Assembly: GCA_964291285.2 (NCBI GenBank)
Contig: OZ219786.1
Location: forward strand, 512,001-576,000
DNA from: Alphaproteobacteria bacterium
GTDB lineage: Bacteria; Pseudomonadota; Alphaproteobacteria; Bin95
DNA: 64,000 nucleotides
Direction: 5' to 3'
This document shows positions 35,622 to 46,893 of the stretch, piece after piece (position 1 is the first letter of the stretch; every line of letters begins with the position of its first letter). The position numbers and the translations under genes are program-made. The notes below the pieces were generated by a model. The model did not search any database. It had not been told where the DNA came from and saw nothing but the letters and a program-made list of their open reading frames with translations.

Positions 35622-37291
35622 ACCCGCACCGTTCGGCGGCGCCGGCCCTTGCGCTGGCCCGCACCCGCCTCGCATTCGGCGTACTCGCCTTCGTGGTGAG
35701 TCTCGCCGTCCTGTCGATCAAGCTTGTCGAACTCGGCACCCTGGCTGAGGAACGCCCGCCGCCCGCCCGGACGGCTGCTTCGGAACATCCGGTGAAACGC
35801 GGCGACATGCTGGACCGCAACGGACAACTGCTGGCCACCAGCGTCGTGTCGCGAGCACTGGTGGCCTGGCCGCCGGAGATCGACGATGTCGAGGCCGCTG
35901 CCGCGCAGCTTTCTACCGCCTTGCCCTGGCTCAGTTTCGAGGAGGCACGCCAACGCCTGTCGCTCAAACAGAAATTCGTCTTCGTCACGCGGCGCCTGAC
36001 GCCGCAGGACCAGAAGGCGGTGCTCGACCTCGGCCTGCCGGGCATCGGCCTCAGGTCCGAAGACATGCGCATCTACCCCCATGGGCGTCTCGCCGCCCAT
36101 GTGCTCGGACGCACGGAGCCGAGCGACGGCGGCCTTGTCGGCAATGCCGGCGCGGAGCAGCGCTTCAACGAGATTCTCTCCGACCCGACGCAGAGCGTGC
36201 AGCTCTCCATCGATATCCGCATCCAGCACATCATCCGCGAGGAGTTGACGCGCGCGGTCGAGCATTTCTCCGCCATCGGCGGCGCCGGCCTGGTGCTCGA
36301 CATCCGCACCGGCGAAGTGCTGGCGATGGTTTCATTGCCCGATTTCGACCCCAATCGGAAGGCAAAGATGGACGAAGCGCGGGCCAACCGGGCCTCGCTT
36401 CTGGTTGCCGAGATGGGTTCGACGTTCAAGCTTCTCACGCTTGCCACAGCGCTGGACCGGGGCATTTCGCGGCTGACCAGCCGCTTCGATGCAACCGCGC
36501 CGATCAAGGCGTTCGGGCACAGGATCCGCGACTATCGCGGCCAGGACCGCGTGCTTTCGGCCGCCGAGGTCGTCGTCCACTCGTCCAATATCGGCGCCGC
36601 GCGGATGGCCGAGAAAATCGGCGCGGAAACCTTCAAGGAATATCTCGACGGGCTGGGCCTGCTGAGCCGCCCGGCGCTTGAGCTGCCGGAAGTCGGCCAT
36701 CCGATCGTGCCGCGAAGTTGGCATCCGCTGACGACGATGACGGTCGGCTTCGGCCACGGCCTTTCCGTGAGCCCGCTTCAGACCGCATCGGCCATCGGGG
36801 CGCTGGCGAATGACGGCATGGCGGTGCCGGTTACCCTGCTGAGGCGTACCGTGCCGCCGACGGCCCGGAGAGTCTTTTCTTCCGAGACCTCCGACAAGAT
36901 GCGCTGGATGATGCGCCAGGTCGTGCTGCGCGGAAGCGGGTCCAGGGCGGACAATGCCTCCTATCCCGTCGGCGGCAAGACCGGTACGGCCGAAAAGGTG
37001 GTGAACGGCCGCTACGACCGCAGCAAGCGGCTGAGTTCCTTTGTCGGCGTCTTCCCCATCGCCGACCCGCGCTTTGCGGTCATCGTCATGCTCGACGAGC
37101 CGAAGGCCGTCGAAGGAACTTATGGTTTCGCGACCGCCGCCTGGAATGCCGTTCCGGTGGCCGGGGCCGTGATCCCGCGCATCGGATCGATTCTCGGCGT
37201 CCCGGTGGCCGGTCCGGACTCGGATGCGTGGATGCAGCGCGTCGTCCCCGACCGGCTTCTGTCGCGGCTGTTCCTGGACGAAGAAGCCTGA
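35618..37291 (+). CDS. ftsI: Penicillin-binding protein 3
   Basis: RGDMLDRNG, STFK (SxxK), SSN, KTG motifs. Confidence 0.95.
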   Translation: MNPHRSAAPALALARTRLAFGVLAFVVSLAVLSIKLVELGTLAEERPPPARTAASEHPVKRGDMLDRNGQLLATSVVSRALVAWPPEIDDVEAAAAQLSTALPWLSFEEARQRLSLKQKFVFVTRRLTPQDQKAVLDLGLPGIGLRSEDMRIYPHGRLAAHVLGRTEPSDGGLVGNAGAEQRFNEILSDPTQSVQLSIDIRIQHIIREELTRAVEHFSAIGGAGLVLDIRTGEVLAMVSLPDFDPNRKAKMDEARANRASLLVAEMGSTFKLLTLATALDRGISRLTSRFDATAPIKAFGHRIRDYRGQDRVLSAAEVVVHSSNIGAARMAEKIGAETFKEYLDGLGLLSRPALELPEVGHPIVPRSWHPLTTMTVGFGHGLSVSPLQTASAIGALANDGMAVPVTLLRRTVPPTARRVFSSETSDKMRWMMRQVVLRGSGSRADNASYPVGGKTGTAEKVVNGRYDRSKRLSSFVGVFPIADPRFAVIVMLDEPKAVEGTYGFATAAWNAVPVAGAVIPRIGSILGVPVAGPDSDAWMQRVVPDRLLSRLFLDEEA

Positions 37292-38733
37292 TGTCCGCTG
37301 CCGGGTGCCGGATCGATCTCGATGCGCTCGGCATCTGCGGCATGACCGCCGACTCCCGCCAGGTCCGGCCGGGATATCTGTTCCTGGCCGTTCCCGGCGC
37401 CAATGCGGACGGCCGGGCCTTCATCCCGGACGCACTCGCCAGGGGCGCCAGTGCAATACTCGCGCCTGTCGGCACCGCCGTCGGCTCGCTGCCGGCCGGC
37501 GTCGCCGTCATTCTGGACGAGGCCCCGCGCCGGCTGTTCGCCCGGCTGGCGGCGCGGTTTTTCGGCGTGCAGCCGGCAAGGGTCACCGCCGTGACCGGCA
37601 CCAGCGGCAAGACCTCGGTGGTGGACTTCATCCGCCAATTGTGGCGCCTGCTCGGCCTGCCGGCGGCCAGTCTCGGCACGCTCGGCCTCGTCGCGCCGGG
37701 CGATTGCCGCGCGGGCGCGCTCACCACGCCCGACCCCGTCGAGCTGCACCGCGAGCTGGCCCGGCTGGCGGACGCCGGCATCGACCGGGTGGCGCTGGAG
37801 GCGTCCAGCCACGGCCTCGACCAGCACCGCCTCGACGGCGTGGAGGTCTCGACGGGCGTGTTCACCAATCTCTCGCGCGACCACCTCGACTACCATCCGG
37901 ACTTCGAGAGCTATCTGGACGCCAAGCTCGGCCTGTTCCGCAGGGTCATGCCGCCGGGCGGGCTCGCCGTGGTCAATGCGGACGACCCGGCCGGCATGGC
38001 GGCGGGCGAGACGGCCCGCGCCGCCGGGCACGATGTCTGGCATTTCGGGCGAACCGGGCCGGCGCTGGAGATCGCAATCGAGCGGCTTGAGCCCGCCGAA
38101 GACGGACAGATTGCGGCGTTCCGCTTCCTCGGCCGCCGCCACCGCGTGCGCATGCCCTTTATCGGCACGTTCCAGGCGGAGAACGCGCTCGCGGCGCTTG
38201 GAGCCGTTGCGGGCGAACGCGAAGACCCCCATTCGGTCGTGGCCTGCCTTGAGGGGCTCAGCGGCGTTCGCGGCCGGCTCGAACTCGCGGCGCGCGCATC
38301 TTCGGGCGCGCCGGTTTATGTCGATTACGCCCACAAGCCGGGGGCGCTCGCCGCAGTGCTGGAGGCGCTCCGTCCTTTCGTGCGCGGCCGCCTCGTGCTG
38401 GTCTTTGGCGCCGGCGGCGACCGCGATGCCGGCAAACGGCCGGAGATGGGCGCCGTGGCGGAGCGGCTGGCCGACCGGGTCATCGTTACCGACGACAACC
38501 CGCGCACCGAGGACCCGGCGGCGATCCGGGCCGCAATTCTCGCCGCCTGCCCCGGCGCAGCGGAAATCGGCGACCGGAAGGCGGCCATAGCCGCAGGCAT
38601 GGACGACGCCGGCCCCGGGGACGTCCTGCTGATCGCCGGAAAGGGACACGAAACCAGCCAGACCGTCGGCGCGGAGGTTCATCCGTTCGACGACCGGGCC
38701 GTCGCGCGGCAACTGGCGGAGCAGGCGGCATGA
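37291..38733 (+). CDS. murE: UDP-MurNAc-tripeptide synthetase
   Basis: VTGTSGKTS, LTTPD, EASSHG, DYAHKP, DDNPR. Confidence 0.95.
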   Translation: MSAAGCRIDLDALGICGMTADSRQVRPGYLFLAVPGANADGRAFIPDALARGASAILAPVGTAVGSLPAGVAVILDEAPRRLFARLAARFFGVQPARVTAVTGTSGKTSVVDFIRQLWRLLGLPAASLGTLGLVAPGDCRAGALTTPDPVELHRELARLADAGIDRVALEASSHGLDQHRLDGVEVSTGVFTNLSRDHLDYHPDFESYLDAKLGLFRRVMPPGGLAVVNADDPAGMAAGETARAAGHDVWHFGRTGPALEIAIERLEPAEDGQIAAFRFLGRRHRVRMPFIGTFQAENALAALGAVAGEREDPHSVVACLEGLSGVRGRLELAARASSGAPVYVDYAHKPGALAAVLEALRPFVRGRLVLVFGAGGDRDAGKRPEMGAVAERLADRVIVTDDNPRTEDPAAIRAAILAACPGAAEIGDRKAAIAAGMDDAGPGDVLLIAGKGHETSQTVGAEVHPFDDRAVARQLAEQAA

Positions 38734-40097
38734 CGCTCTGGACCGCCAGCGAAGCCGCCGCCGCCACCGGAGGCGCGCCGCAGGGCGGCTGGGAGGCCTC
38801 GGGCGTCGCCATCGACAGCCGCACGATCACGGCCGGCGACCTTTTCGTGGCCGTGGCCGGGCCGAACCATGACGGGCACTGCTTCGTCGGCCAGGCGCTG
38901 GAAGGCGGAGCGGCGGCGGCGATGGTGAGCCGCGACTGCGGCAGGGACGTGCCCTCGCTCCATGTTCCTGACACGCGCGCGGGCCTGTATGCGCTCGCCC
39001 GCGCCGCGCGCGCGCGCTCGACGGCGCGCATTGCAGCCATCACCGGCAGCGTCGGCAAGACGGGCTGCAAGGACCTGCTGTTTCACCTGCTTTCCCGCGC
39101 CGGCGCGACGGAAGCCAGCCGGGGCAATCTCAACAATGAGTGGGGCGCGCCGCTGTCCCTCGCCCGCCTGCCGCGCGAAGCGGCCTTCGCCGTCTTCGAG
39201 CTCGGCATGAACCATGCGGGCGAGATCGCGCCCCTCTCCCGCCTGGTCCGCCCCCATGCGGCGCTGGTGACCGCCATCGCCCCTGCGCACACGGCGTTCT
39301 TCTCCAGCCTCGCCGAGGTCGCCGACGCCAAGGCGGAGATATTCGCGGGGCTCGAGCCGGGCGGCACTGCCGTGCTCAATACCGACACGCCGCATGTCGA
39401 ACGCCTCGAAGCCGCGGCCGCGCGCGCCGGTGCGGATATCCTGCGGTTCTCCCGCCGGGCGGGCGATGCGGTGTTGCTCCATGCCTCGCTCGATGGCTCC
39501 GGCAGCGACATCGCGGCGGAAATCCGGGGCCGGCGGTTCGAGTTCCGACTGGGCGCTCCAGGCGCGCATTGGGCGCTCAATGCGCTCGGCGTTCTGCTGG
39601 TGCTGGATGCGTTCGGCGTCACGCCGGACCCCGAGGTCCTGGCCGATTTCCGCCCGCCCGCCGGCCGCGGCGCCCGCAGGGACCTGGGCGGCTGGACGCT
39701 GATCGACGAGAGCTACAATGCGAGCCCGGCCGCGATGAACGCCGCCATCGGCGTGCTGGGGCTCTGCAAACCCGGTCCCGGCGGGCGGCGGATCGCGGTT
39801 CTGGGCGACATGCTGGAGCTGGGCGCGGATGCGGGCCCCGCCCATGCCGGACTCGCAGCGCCGCTCGAGGCGGCCGGGGTCGATCTCGTCTTCGCCGCCG
39901 GGCCCGAGATGCGCCGGCTGTTCGACCGCCTGCCGCGCGTCCGGGGCGGCGCGCACCGGCCCGATGCCGCGGCCCTCGCTCCCCTGGTCGCGGACGCGGT
40001 GGCGCCGGGCGACATCGTGCTCGTCAAGGGCTCGCTCGGCATGGGCATGAAGCCCGTGATCGAGGCGCTGGAGCGCCGCGCAGGGGAAGGAGGTTGA
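38730..40097 (+). CDS. murF: UDP-MurNAc-pentapeptide synthetase
   Basis: TGSVGKT, ELGMNHAGEI, DESYNASP, LGDMLELG. Confidence 0.95.
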   Translation: MTLWTASEAAAATGGAPQGGWEASGVAIDSRTITAGDLFVAVAGPNHDGHCFVGQALEGGAAAAMVSRDCGRDVPSLHVPDTRAGLYALARAARARSTARIAAITGSVGKTGCKDLLFHLLSRAGATEASRGNLNNEWGAPLSLARLPREAAFAVFELGMNHAGEIAPLSRLVRPHAALVTAIAPAHTAFFSSLAEVADAKAEIFAGLEPGGTAVLNTDTPHVERLEAAAARAGADILRFSRRAGDAVLLHASLDGSGSDIAAEIRGRRFEFRLGAPGAHWALNALGVLLVLDAFGVTPDPEVLADFRPPAGRGARRDLGGWTLIDESYNASPAAMNAAIGVLGLCKPGPGGRRIAVLGDMLELGADAGPAHAGLAAPLEAAGVDLVFAAGPEMRRLFDRLPRVRGGAHRPDAAALAPLVADAVAPGDIVLVKGSLGMGMKPVIEALERRAGEGG

Positions 40098-40103
40098 GGA
40101 GCC

Positions 40104-41192
40104 GTGCTTTACAACCTCCTCACGCCACTGGCCGAAGACTTCCAGCTCTTCAACCTGTTCCGCTACATCACCTTCCGGTCCGGGGCGGCGACGCTGACCG
40201 CGCTTGTGCTGAGCTTCCTGCTCGCGCCCGGCATGATCGCCTGGCTGCGCGCCAGACAGGCCGAAGGGCAGCCGATCCGCGAAGACGGCCCGAAATCGCA
40301 TCTGGAGACCAAGCGCGGCACGCCGACCATGGGCGGCACGCTGATCCTCTCGGCTCTCATCGCCAGCACGCTGCTCTGGGCCGACCTTGCCAATCCCTAT
40401 GTGTGGATCGTGCTGGCGGTGACGCTCTGCTTCGGCCTTGTCGGTTTTGCGGACGACTATCTGAAGCTCGCCCGCCGCAGCAGCCGCGGTCTTTCGGGCA
40501 AGACCAAACTCGCGGTCCAGATTGCAGTGAGCGCGGCGGCCGCCATTGCGGCGGCGGAAATTGTCGGCGAGCCGCTCGGTTACGGGCTTGCCATCCCCGT
40601 CTTCAAGGACCTCGTGATCGACCTTGGCTGGTTCGCCGTGCCCTTCGCGGTGCTGGTGATGACCGGGGCGTCGAACGCGGTCAACCTCACCGACGGCCTC
40701 GACGGCCTCGCGATCGTGCCGGTCATGATCGCCGCCGGCTGCTTCGGCATCATCGCCTATCTGGCCGGCCACACCGTGTTTGCGGAGTATCTGCAGATCC
40801 ACCCGGTCCCGGGCGCCGGCGAGCTTTCCGTGCTGTTGGGCGCGCTGGTGGGCGCATCCCTCGGCTTCCTCTGGTACAACGCGCCGCCGGCCATGGTCTT
40901 CATGGGCGACACGGGCTCGCTCGCCTGCGGCGGCACGCTCGGCTCGGTCGCGGTCATCACCAAGCACGAACTGGTGCTCGCCATTGTCGGCGGGCTTTTC
41001 GTGCTCGAGGCGGTCTCGGTGATCGTTCAGGTGGCCTCGTTCCAGCTCACCGGCAAGCGCGTGTTCCGCATGGCGCCCCTGCACCACCACTTCGAGCAAA
41101 AGGGCTGGCGGGAGCCGACCATCGTCATCCGCTTCTGGATCATTGCCGTCGTGCTCGCGCTCGTCGGCCTCGCAACATTGAAGCTCCGATGA
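40104..41192 (+). CDS. mraY: Phospho-MurNAc-pentapeptide translocase
   Basis: [30 protein letters not shown]. Confidence 0.97.
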   Translation: MLYNLLTPLAEDFQLFNLFRYITFRSGAATLTALVLSFLLAPGMIAWLRARQAEGQPIREDGPKSHLETKRGTPTMGGTLILSALIASTLLWADLANPYVWIVLAVTLCFGLVGFADDYLKLARRSSRGLSGKTKLAVQIAVSAAAAIAAAEIVGEPLGYGLAIPVFKDLVIDLGWFAVPFAVLVMTGASNAVNLTDGLDGLAIVPVMIAAGCFGIIAYLAGHTVFAEYLQIHPVPGAGELSVLLGALVGASLGFLWYNAPPAMVFMGDTGSLACGGTLGSVAVITKHELVLAIVGGLFVLEAVSVIVQVASFQLTGKRVFRMAPLHHHFEQKGWREPTIVIRFWIIAVVLALVGLATLKLR

Positions 41193-42448
41193 TCCCGCTG
41201 CCGGCATGTCGCGGCGCCGAGGTGGGCGTCATGGGGCTCGGACGGTCCGGCCGGGCGGCAGCGGCTGCCCTGGCGGCGGCCGGCGCGAGTCTGCATGTCT
41301 GGGACGACCGCGAGGAGTTGCGCCGGGACTTCGGCGATGTGCAGCCCCTCGACCCGTCCGGCCTGGATCGGCTGGTCTGGAGCCCCGGCATCCCTCATCT
41401 CCACCCGCGGCCGCATCCGCTTGCGGTCAGGGCGGACGCCGCCCGCGTACGGCCGGAGGCGGACATCTCCCTGCTCGTCGAAGCCATGCCGGACTGCCGT
41501 TTCGTCGGCATCACCGGCACCAACGGCAAATCGACGGTGACGACCCTGATCGGGCATGCCCTCGACAGGCTGGGGCTGCCGCATGCGGTCGGCGGCAATC
41601 TCGGGCCGGCGGCGCTCGGTCTGCCGGCCCTCGGGCCCGGCGGCGTCTATGTGCTCGAGCTCTCCTCCTACCAACTCGCGCTGATGGCGCGCCCGGCCTT
41701 CGACGTCGCCGTGCTCCTCAATATCGCTCCGGACCATCTCGACCGGCATGGCGGGATGCATGGCTATGCCGCCGACAAGGCCCGTATTTTCCGGAACCGG
41801 GCGAGCGCCATTGTCGGCGTATCGGACCCCTGGTGCTGCCGGCTGGCAGCGCGTTTGCGGGCCGAAGGCCGGACTGTCGTCGCAACGGGAGACGACGGCC
41901 CGGCGCTCCCCGCCCTGCCCGGCCTCCACAACCGCCGCAATGCAGCCGCCGCGCTGGCGGCGCTCGGCGCGCTCGGCATCGACCGCCGGGATGCGCTCGA
42001 AGCCATGGACGGCTTCCGGGGCCTGCCGCACAGGATGGAAACCGTCGGCGAGGTCGCCGGCGTCCGCTATGTGAACGACAGCAAGGCGACCAACCCGGAG
42101 TCGGCGGCCTTTGCACTCGCCAGCTTCGAGCGGGTCCGCTGGATCGCCGGCGGACAGGCCAAAACCGACAATCTCGACGCGGTCCGGCCGTGGTTCGAAC
42201 GGATCGCGAAGGCCTATCTCATCGGCGCGTCCGAGGCCCCGTTCGCAGCGGCGCTTGCCGGCCATGCCGCATGCGAGTGCCTGGGCAGCCTCGACGCGGC
42301 GCTGGCGGCCGCCCATCGCGACGCGCGGCCCGGCGAAGTCGTGCTGCTGGCGCCCGCCGCTGCATCCTTCGACCAGTGGGACAGTTTCGAGGCGCGCGGC
42401 GATGCCTTTCGCGAGGGCGTGCGCGGGCTTGCGGGAGGTGCGGCATGA
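41189..42448 (+). CDS. murD: UDP-MurNAc-L-Ala:D-Glu ligase
   Basis: [32 protein letters not shown]. Confidence 0.95.
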   Translation: MIPLPACRGAEVGVMGLGRSGRAAAAALAAAGASLHVWDDREELRRDFGDVQPLDPSGLDRLVWSPGIPHLHPRPHPLAVRADAARVRPEADISLLVEAMPDCRFVGITGTNGKSTVTTLIGHALDRLGLPHAVGGNLGPAALGLPALGPGGVYVLELSSYQLALMARPAFDVAVLLNIAPDHLDRHGGMHGYAADKARIFRNRASAIVGVSDPWCCRLAARLRAEGRTVVATGDDGPALPALPGLHNRRNAAAALAALGALGIDRRDALEAMDGFRGLPHRMETVGEVAGVRYVNDSKATNPESAAFALASFERVRWIAGGQAKTDNLDAVRPWFERIAKAYLIGASEAPFAAALAGHAACECLGSLDAALAAAHRDARPGEVVLLAPAAASFDQWDSFEARGDAFREGVRGLAGGAA

Positions 42449-43569
42449 GCTTCCTGCCCCGCACCGACCGAAGCTGGACAGCCCAATGGGTCTGGACGGT
42501 GGACCGGATGACGGTCGGCGCCGCAGCGGCGCTGATCGTATTCGGCGTCATCCTGATCGCGACAGCCGGGCCCGCTGTCGCCGAGTTGAACGGCGACCAC
42601 CGCTTCCACTTCCTGTTCAAGCACGCCCTGTTCCTGCCGGTCGCAATCTGCATCATGGCCGGCTGCGCACTGCTGAGCCCGGTCCAGGTGCTCCAGACCG
42701 CCTGCCTCGTATGCGCCGGCGCTCTGCTGCTGACGCTTGTAACCGCTCTTGTCGGACTGGAGAACAAGGGCGCCCAGCGCTGGCTCTCGCTTGGCGTCAT
42801 CGGCCTGCAGCCTTCGGAGTTCCTGAAACCGGGCATGGCCGTGGTGTCCGCCTGGCTGTTCGCCCATTACCGCATCGTCGTCGGCTCCCGCGCGCTTGTA
42901 ATCGCCGCCGGACTGCTGGCCGTCGTCTCCGCCGCCCTGCTGCTGCAGCCCGATGTCGGCATGACCTTCATGGTCGTTTCGGTATGGTTCGGGCAATTCG
43001 CGCTGGCCGGCATGCCGGCGCTGGCGCTGGCCGGCCTCTTCCTGGCGGCAGGAATGGGCGGGGTCGTAGCCTATTTCGGCTTCGACCACGTTTCGAACCG
43101 CGTCAACGCCTTCTTCGACGGCAGCGGCGGCGACCGCTACCAGATCGGCCGGTCCCTCGAATCCTTCAAGCAGGGCGGCCTTGTCGGCCAGGGACCCGGT
43201 GAGGGCACCGTCAAGGACACCCTGCCGGACGCTCATGCGGACTTCATTTTCGCCGTGCTGGGCGAGGAGTTCGGTCTCCTGGTCTGCATCGCCGTGGTCG
43301 GGCTCTACGGCCTCATCGTCTGCCGGGGTGCGCTCCGGCTGATGGCGGAGGAAAACCTGTTCGTCTTCCTGGCCGTCTCCGGCCTGCTCGCGAGCTTCGG
43401 CCTTCAGGCGTTCATCAACATGGCGTCGGCGCTGGAGGTCATCCCGACCAAGGGCACCACCCTGCCCTTCCTCAGCTATGGCGGCTCGTCGCTGTTCGCC
43501 GCCTCGATCACGCTCGGCTTCGTCCTCGCGCTCAACCGGCGCCGGGACGGGCAGGCGGAAGTGCTGTGA
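42445..43569 (+). CDS. ftsW: SEDS peptidoglycan polymerase FtsW
   Basis: GAQRW, QPSEFLK, HADFIF, LPFLSYGGSS. Confidence 0.95.
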   Translation: MSFLPRTDRSWTAQWVWTVDRMTVGAAAALIVFGVILIATAGPAVAELNGDHRFHFLFKHALFLPVAICIMAGCALLSPVQVLQTACLVCAGALLLTLVTALVGLENKGAQRWLSLGVIGLQPSEFLKPGMAVVSAWLFAHYRIVVGSRALVIAAGLLAVVSAALLLQPDVGMTFMVVSVWFGQFALAGMPALALAGLFLAAGMGGVVAYFGFDHVSNRVNAFFDGSGGDRYQIGRSLESFKQGGLVGQGPGEGTVKDTLPDAHADFIFAVLGEEFGLLVCIAVVGLYGLIVCRGALRLMAEENLFVFLAVSGLLASFGLQAFINMASALEVIPTKGTTLPFLSYGGSSLFAASITLGFVLALNRRRDGQAEVL

Positions 43570-44606
43570 TGGCCGGCCCCATCGCCATCGCCGCCGGCGG
43601 CACCGGAGGCCATGTCTTTCCCGCCCGCGCCTTCGCCGCCTGCCTCGCCGCCCGCGGCGAAGCGGCCATTGCCGTCACCGACCGGCGGGGCGCCGCCTTC
43701 ACGGGCGATGCGCCGGTGCATACCATCCGGGCCGGAGCGCCCCGCAGCCTGCGCGGCCTCCTGCAGCTCGGGCTCGGCGTGTTCGACGCCCGCAAGGTGC
43801 TTGCCAGGACGCGCACCTCCGCGGTCGTCGGCTTCGGCGGCTATCCCTCCGCGCCGACCGTGCTCGCGGCCCGCTGGCTCGGCCTCACGACCGTGCTGCA
43901 CGAACAGAACGCACTCCTCGGCAGGACCAACCGGCTGCTTGCGCGCGGCAGGGTCAAGGTCGCCGCCAGCTATCCCGGTGTGGGAGACCGCCTTGTCGGC
44001 AATCCCGTCAGGCCGGAGATCGCGGCGCTCCGCGACCGGCCCTACGCGCCCCCTCAGACCGGCGAGCCCCTGCGGCTCCTGGTCTTCGGCGGCAGCCAGG
44101 GCGCGCGCATCTTTTCCGAAGTGCTGCCGGAGGCGCTCGGCCCTCTTGCCGGCCGGGTCGTCGTCCGCCAGCAATGCCGCGCGGAAGACCTGGAGGCGGC
44201 GCGAGACGCCTATCGCAGGCAGGGCGTCGAAGCATCCCTGGCGCCCTTCATCGAGGACATGGCAAGCGCGCTCGGCGAAGCGCATCTGGTCGTCGCCCGG
44301 GCGGGAGCCTCTACCGTGGCGGAACTCGCGGCTGCGGGCCGGCCCGCCGTCTTCGCGCCCTATCCCCATGCGACCGACGACCACCAGAGCGCCAATGCCC
44401 GGGCCGTCATCGAGGCGGGCGGAGGCTGGCTGCTCCCCGACCGCGACTTCACCCCGGACCGGCTGCGCGACCTGGTGGAAGCCTGTCTGACAGAGCCCGA
44501 CCGGCTTGCGCGCGCCGCAGCGGGCGCACGGCAATTCGGCAGGCCCGACGCGGCCGACGCCCTCGTGGACTTCGTCCTTTCGGAAGTCCGGGAGGCCGGG
44601 CCATGA
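43569..44606 (+). CDS. murG: Lipid II GlcNAc transferase
   Basis: GGTGGH, HEQN, GNPVR, GGSQGA, RAGAST. Confidence 0.95.
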   Translation: MAGPIAIAAGGTGGHVFPARAFAACLAARGEAAIAVTDRRGAAFTGDAPVHTIRAGAPRSLRGLLQLGLGVFDARKVLARTRTSAVVGFGGYPSAPTVLAARWLGLTTVLHEQNALLGRTNRLLARGRVKVAASYPGVGDRLVGNPVRPEIAALRDRPYAPPQTGEPLRLLVFGGSQGARIFSEVLPEALGPLAGRVVVRQQCRAEDLEAARDAYRRQGVEASLAPFIEDMASALGEAHLVVARAGASTVAELAAAGRPAVFAPYPHATDDHQSANARAVIEAGGGWLLPDRDFTPDRLRDLVEACLTEPDRLARAAAGARQFGRPDAADALVDFVLSEVREAGP

Positions 44607-45988
44607 GTCCGCTCCCGCTTCCCTTCGGGCCGCTCCATTTCATCGGGATCGGGGGCATCGGCATGAGCGGCATCGCCGAGCTGCTGCACCGGCTCGGTTG
44701 CCCGGTCGGCGGAAGCGATGCGCAGGCGAGCGCCAACACGGCCCGGCTGCAGGCGCTCGGCCTGACCGTCCGGATCGGCCATGACGCCGGCAATCTCGGC
44801 GAGGCGGCGGCGGTCGTGGTCTCGACGGCCGTTCCCGAGGACAACGCCGAACGGCAGGAGGCGCTCCGGCGGGGTATTCCGGTCCTGCATCGCTCGGAGG
44901 CGCTGGCCGCCATCGCCTCGCTCTCATGGCCGATCGCGGTCTCCGGCACGCATGGAAAGACCACGACCACCGCGATGATTGCCGCAGTGCTCGAAGCCGA
45001 CGGGCTGGATCCGACGGTCGTCAACGGCGGCATCCTCGAAGGCCTCGGCTCCAATGCAAAACTGGGCCGGGGCGACTGGGCGGTTATCGAGGCGGACGAG
45101 AGCGACAGGTCGTTCCTCAACCTGCCGGCGACGCTTGCCGTGGTCACCAATATCGAAGCCGAGCATATGGAGCACTACCGCGACCTTGCCGAGATCGAGG
45201 CGTGCTTCGCCCGGTTCGCGGACTCGGTGCCGCCTTTCGGCAGCGCCATTCTGTCCGCGGACAATGAAGGCTCGCGCCGGCTGATGGAGCGGTGCCGGCG
45301 GCCCGTGCTTCGCTACGGCTTTGCGCCCGACGCCGATATTCGCGGCGGCGGGCTGGTGCTGGAGCCCGCAGGCAGCCGGCTCAATGTGTCGGGACTCGCG
45401 GAGATCGAGGACCTGAGGGTCGGCGTGCCCGGCCGCCACAATGCGGAGAACGCGCTCGCAGCCGTTTCGGTCGGCCATCTCCTGGGCATCTCCGAGGACG
45501 CCATTCGCCGGGCGCTCGCGGAGTTCCGGGGCGTGCAGCGCCGGTTCACGCTGGCGGGCGAGGTGGACGGCGTGCGCATCATCGACGACTACGCCCATCA
45601 CCCGACGGAGATCGCGGCCGTGCTGGCCACGGCCCGGCTGGCCGGATGCGGGCGGGTCATGGCGGTCATGCAGCCCCATCGCTACACCCGCCTGAACGCG
45701 CTGCTCGACGAATTCGCGCACTGTTTCGCCCAGGCCGACAAGGTATTGGTCGCCCCGGTCTATGCTGCCGGAGAGTCCCCCATCGCCGGTGCGAACCGGG
45801 ATGCGCTGGTAGCCGCGGCCCGCGCCAGCGGGCACCGGGATGTGAAAGCGATCGACGGCCCCGACGACCTGGCGGCCTGCGCAGGCCGATGGGCGGCCCC
45901 CGGAGACATCATCGTCTGCCTCGGTGCGGGCTCGATCACCGCATGGGCGCACGCCCTGCCGGAATCGCTCCGGGAGGCCCGCAAATGA
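44603..45988 (+). CDS. murC: UDP-MurNAc:L-Ala ligase
   Basis: GIGGIGMS, GTHGKTTT, EADESD, DDYAHHPTE. Confidence 0.95.
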   Translation: MSPLPLPFGPLHFIGIGGIGMSGIAELLHRLGCPVGGSDAQASANTARLQALGLTVRIGHDAGNLGEAAAVVVSTAVPEDNAERQEALRRGIPVLHRSEALAAIASLSWPIAVSGTHGKTTTTAMIAAVLEADGLDPTVVNGGILEGLGSNAKLGRGDWAVIEADESDRSFLNLPATLAVVTNIEAEHMEHYRDLAEIEACFARFADSVPPFGSAILSADNEGSRRLMERCRRPVLRYGFAPDADIRGGGLVLEPAGSRLNVSGLAEIEDLRVGVPGRHNAENALAAVSVGHLLGISEDAIRRALAEFRGVQRRFTLAGEVDGVRIIDDYAHHPTEIAAVLATARLAGCGRVMAVMQPHRYTRLNALLDEFAHCFAQADKVLVAPVYAAGESPIAGANRDALVAAARASGHRDVKAIDGPDDLAACAGRWAAPGDIIVCLGAGSITAWAHALPESLREARK

Positions 45989-46893
45989 CCCCGCGCTTCC
46001 CCCTTCCCTGCATCCGGGGGCGCGTGAGCGCGGCCGCCCCGCTCGACCGGATTACCTGGTTCCGGGTCGGCGGTCCTGCGGAGGCGATGGCCCGCCCGTT
46101 GGACCGGTCCGACCTGCAGGCCCTGCTGATCCAACTGCCCGAGGATGTGCCGCTCACCGTTCTCGGCGTCGCGTCCAACACGCTGGTCCGGGACGGCGGC
46201 ATTGACGGGCTCGTGCTGAGGCTCGGCCGCGGTTTCGCCGATATCCGAGCAGAGGGCGAGACGGTTTTCGCCGGGGCCGCCGCCCTTTGCGCCAATGTCG
46301 CCCGCACGGCCGCGGACGCCGGACTCGGCGGGCTCGAATTCCTTTCCGGCATACCGGGCACGGTCGGCGGCGCACTCGCCATGAATGCCGGCGCCTATGG
46401 CCGCGAGACCGCCGATGTGCTGCTGGATGCCGATGCGATGACGCGCCAGGGCGAAGTCGAACGCCTCTTCAATGCCGATTTCGGCTTCCGCTATCGCGGC
46501 AACGAGGTGGGCAAGGATCGCATCTTCCTCTCGGCACGTTTCCGGGGCGTGAAGCGGCCCGCCGAAGAGGTGCGCACCGCCATGGCCGAAATCGCGGCGG
46601 CGCGCGAAGCGAGCCAGCCGATCCGCTCGCGCACGGGCGGCTCCACCTTCCGCAATCCGGCCGGCGCCAGCGCCTGGGAGTTGATCGACCGGGCCGGCTG
46701 CCGTGGATTGAAGCGCGGCGGCGCGATGGTCTCCGAGATGCACTGCAATTTTCTTGTGAACACCGGCTCGGCGAGCGCCGCCGATCTCGAAGACCTGGCC
46801 GAGGACGTGCGCGCCCGCGTGCTTGCCGCCACAGGCGTCGGCCTCGACTGGGAGATCGAGCGCGTCGGCCGCCGGGGAGCGCCGCCGGCATGA
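45985..46893 (+). CDS. murB: UDP-N-acetylmuramate dehydrogenase
   Basis: VGGPA, GIPGTVGGA..MNAGAYG, GSTFRNP, HCNF. Confidence 0.95.
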   Translation: MTPRFPLPCIRGRVSAAAPLDRITWFRVGGPAEAMARPLDRSDLQALLIQLPEDVPLTVLGVASNTLVRDGGIDGLVLRLGRGFADIRAEGETVFAGAAALCANVARTAADAGLGGLEFLSGIPGTVGGALAMNAGAYGRETADVLLDADAMTRQGEVERLFNADFGFRYRGNEVGKDRIFLSARFRGVKRPAEEVRTAMAEIAAAREASQPIRSRTGGSTFRNPAGASAWELIDRAGCRGLKRGGAMVSEMHCNFLVNTGSASAADLEDLAEDVRARVLAATGVGLDWEIERVGRRGAPPA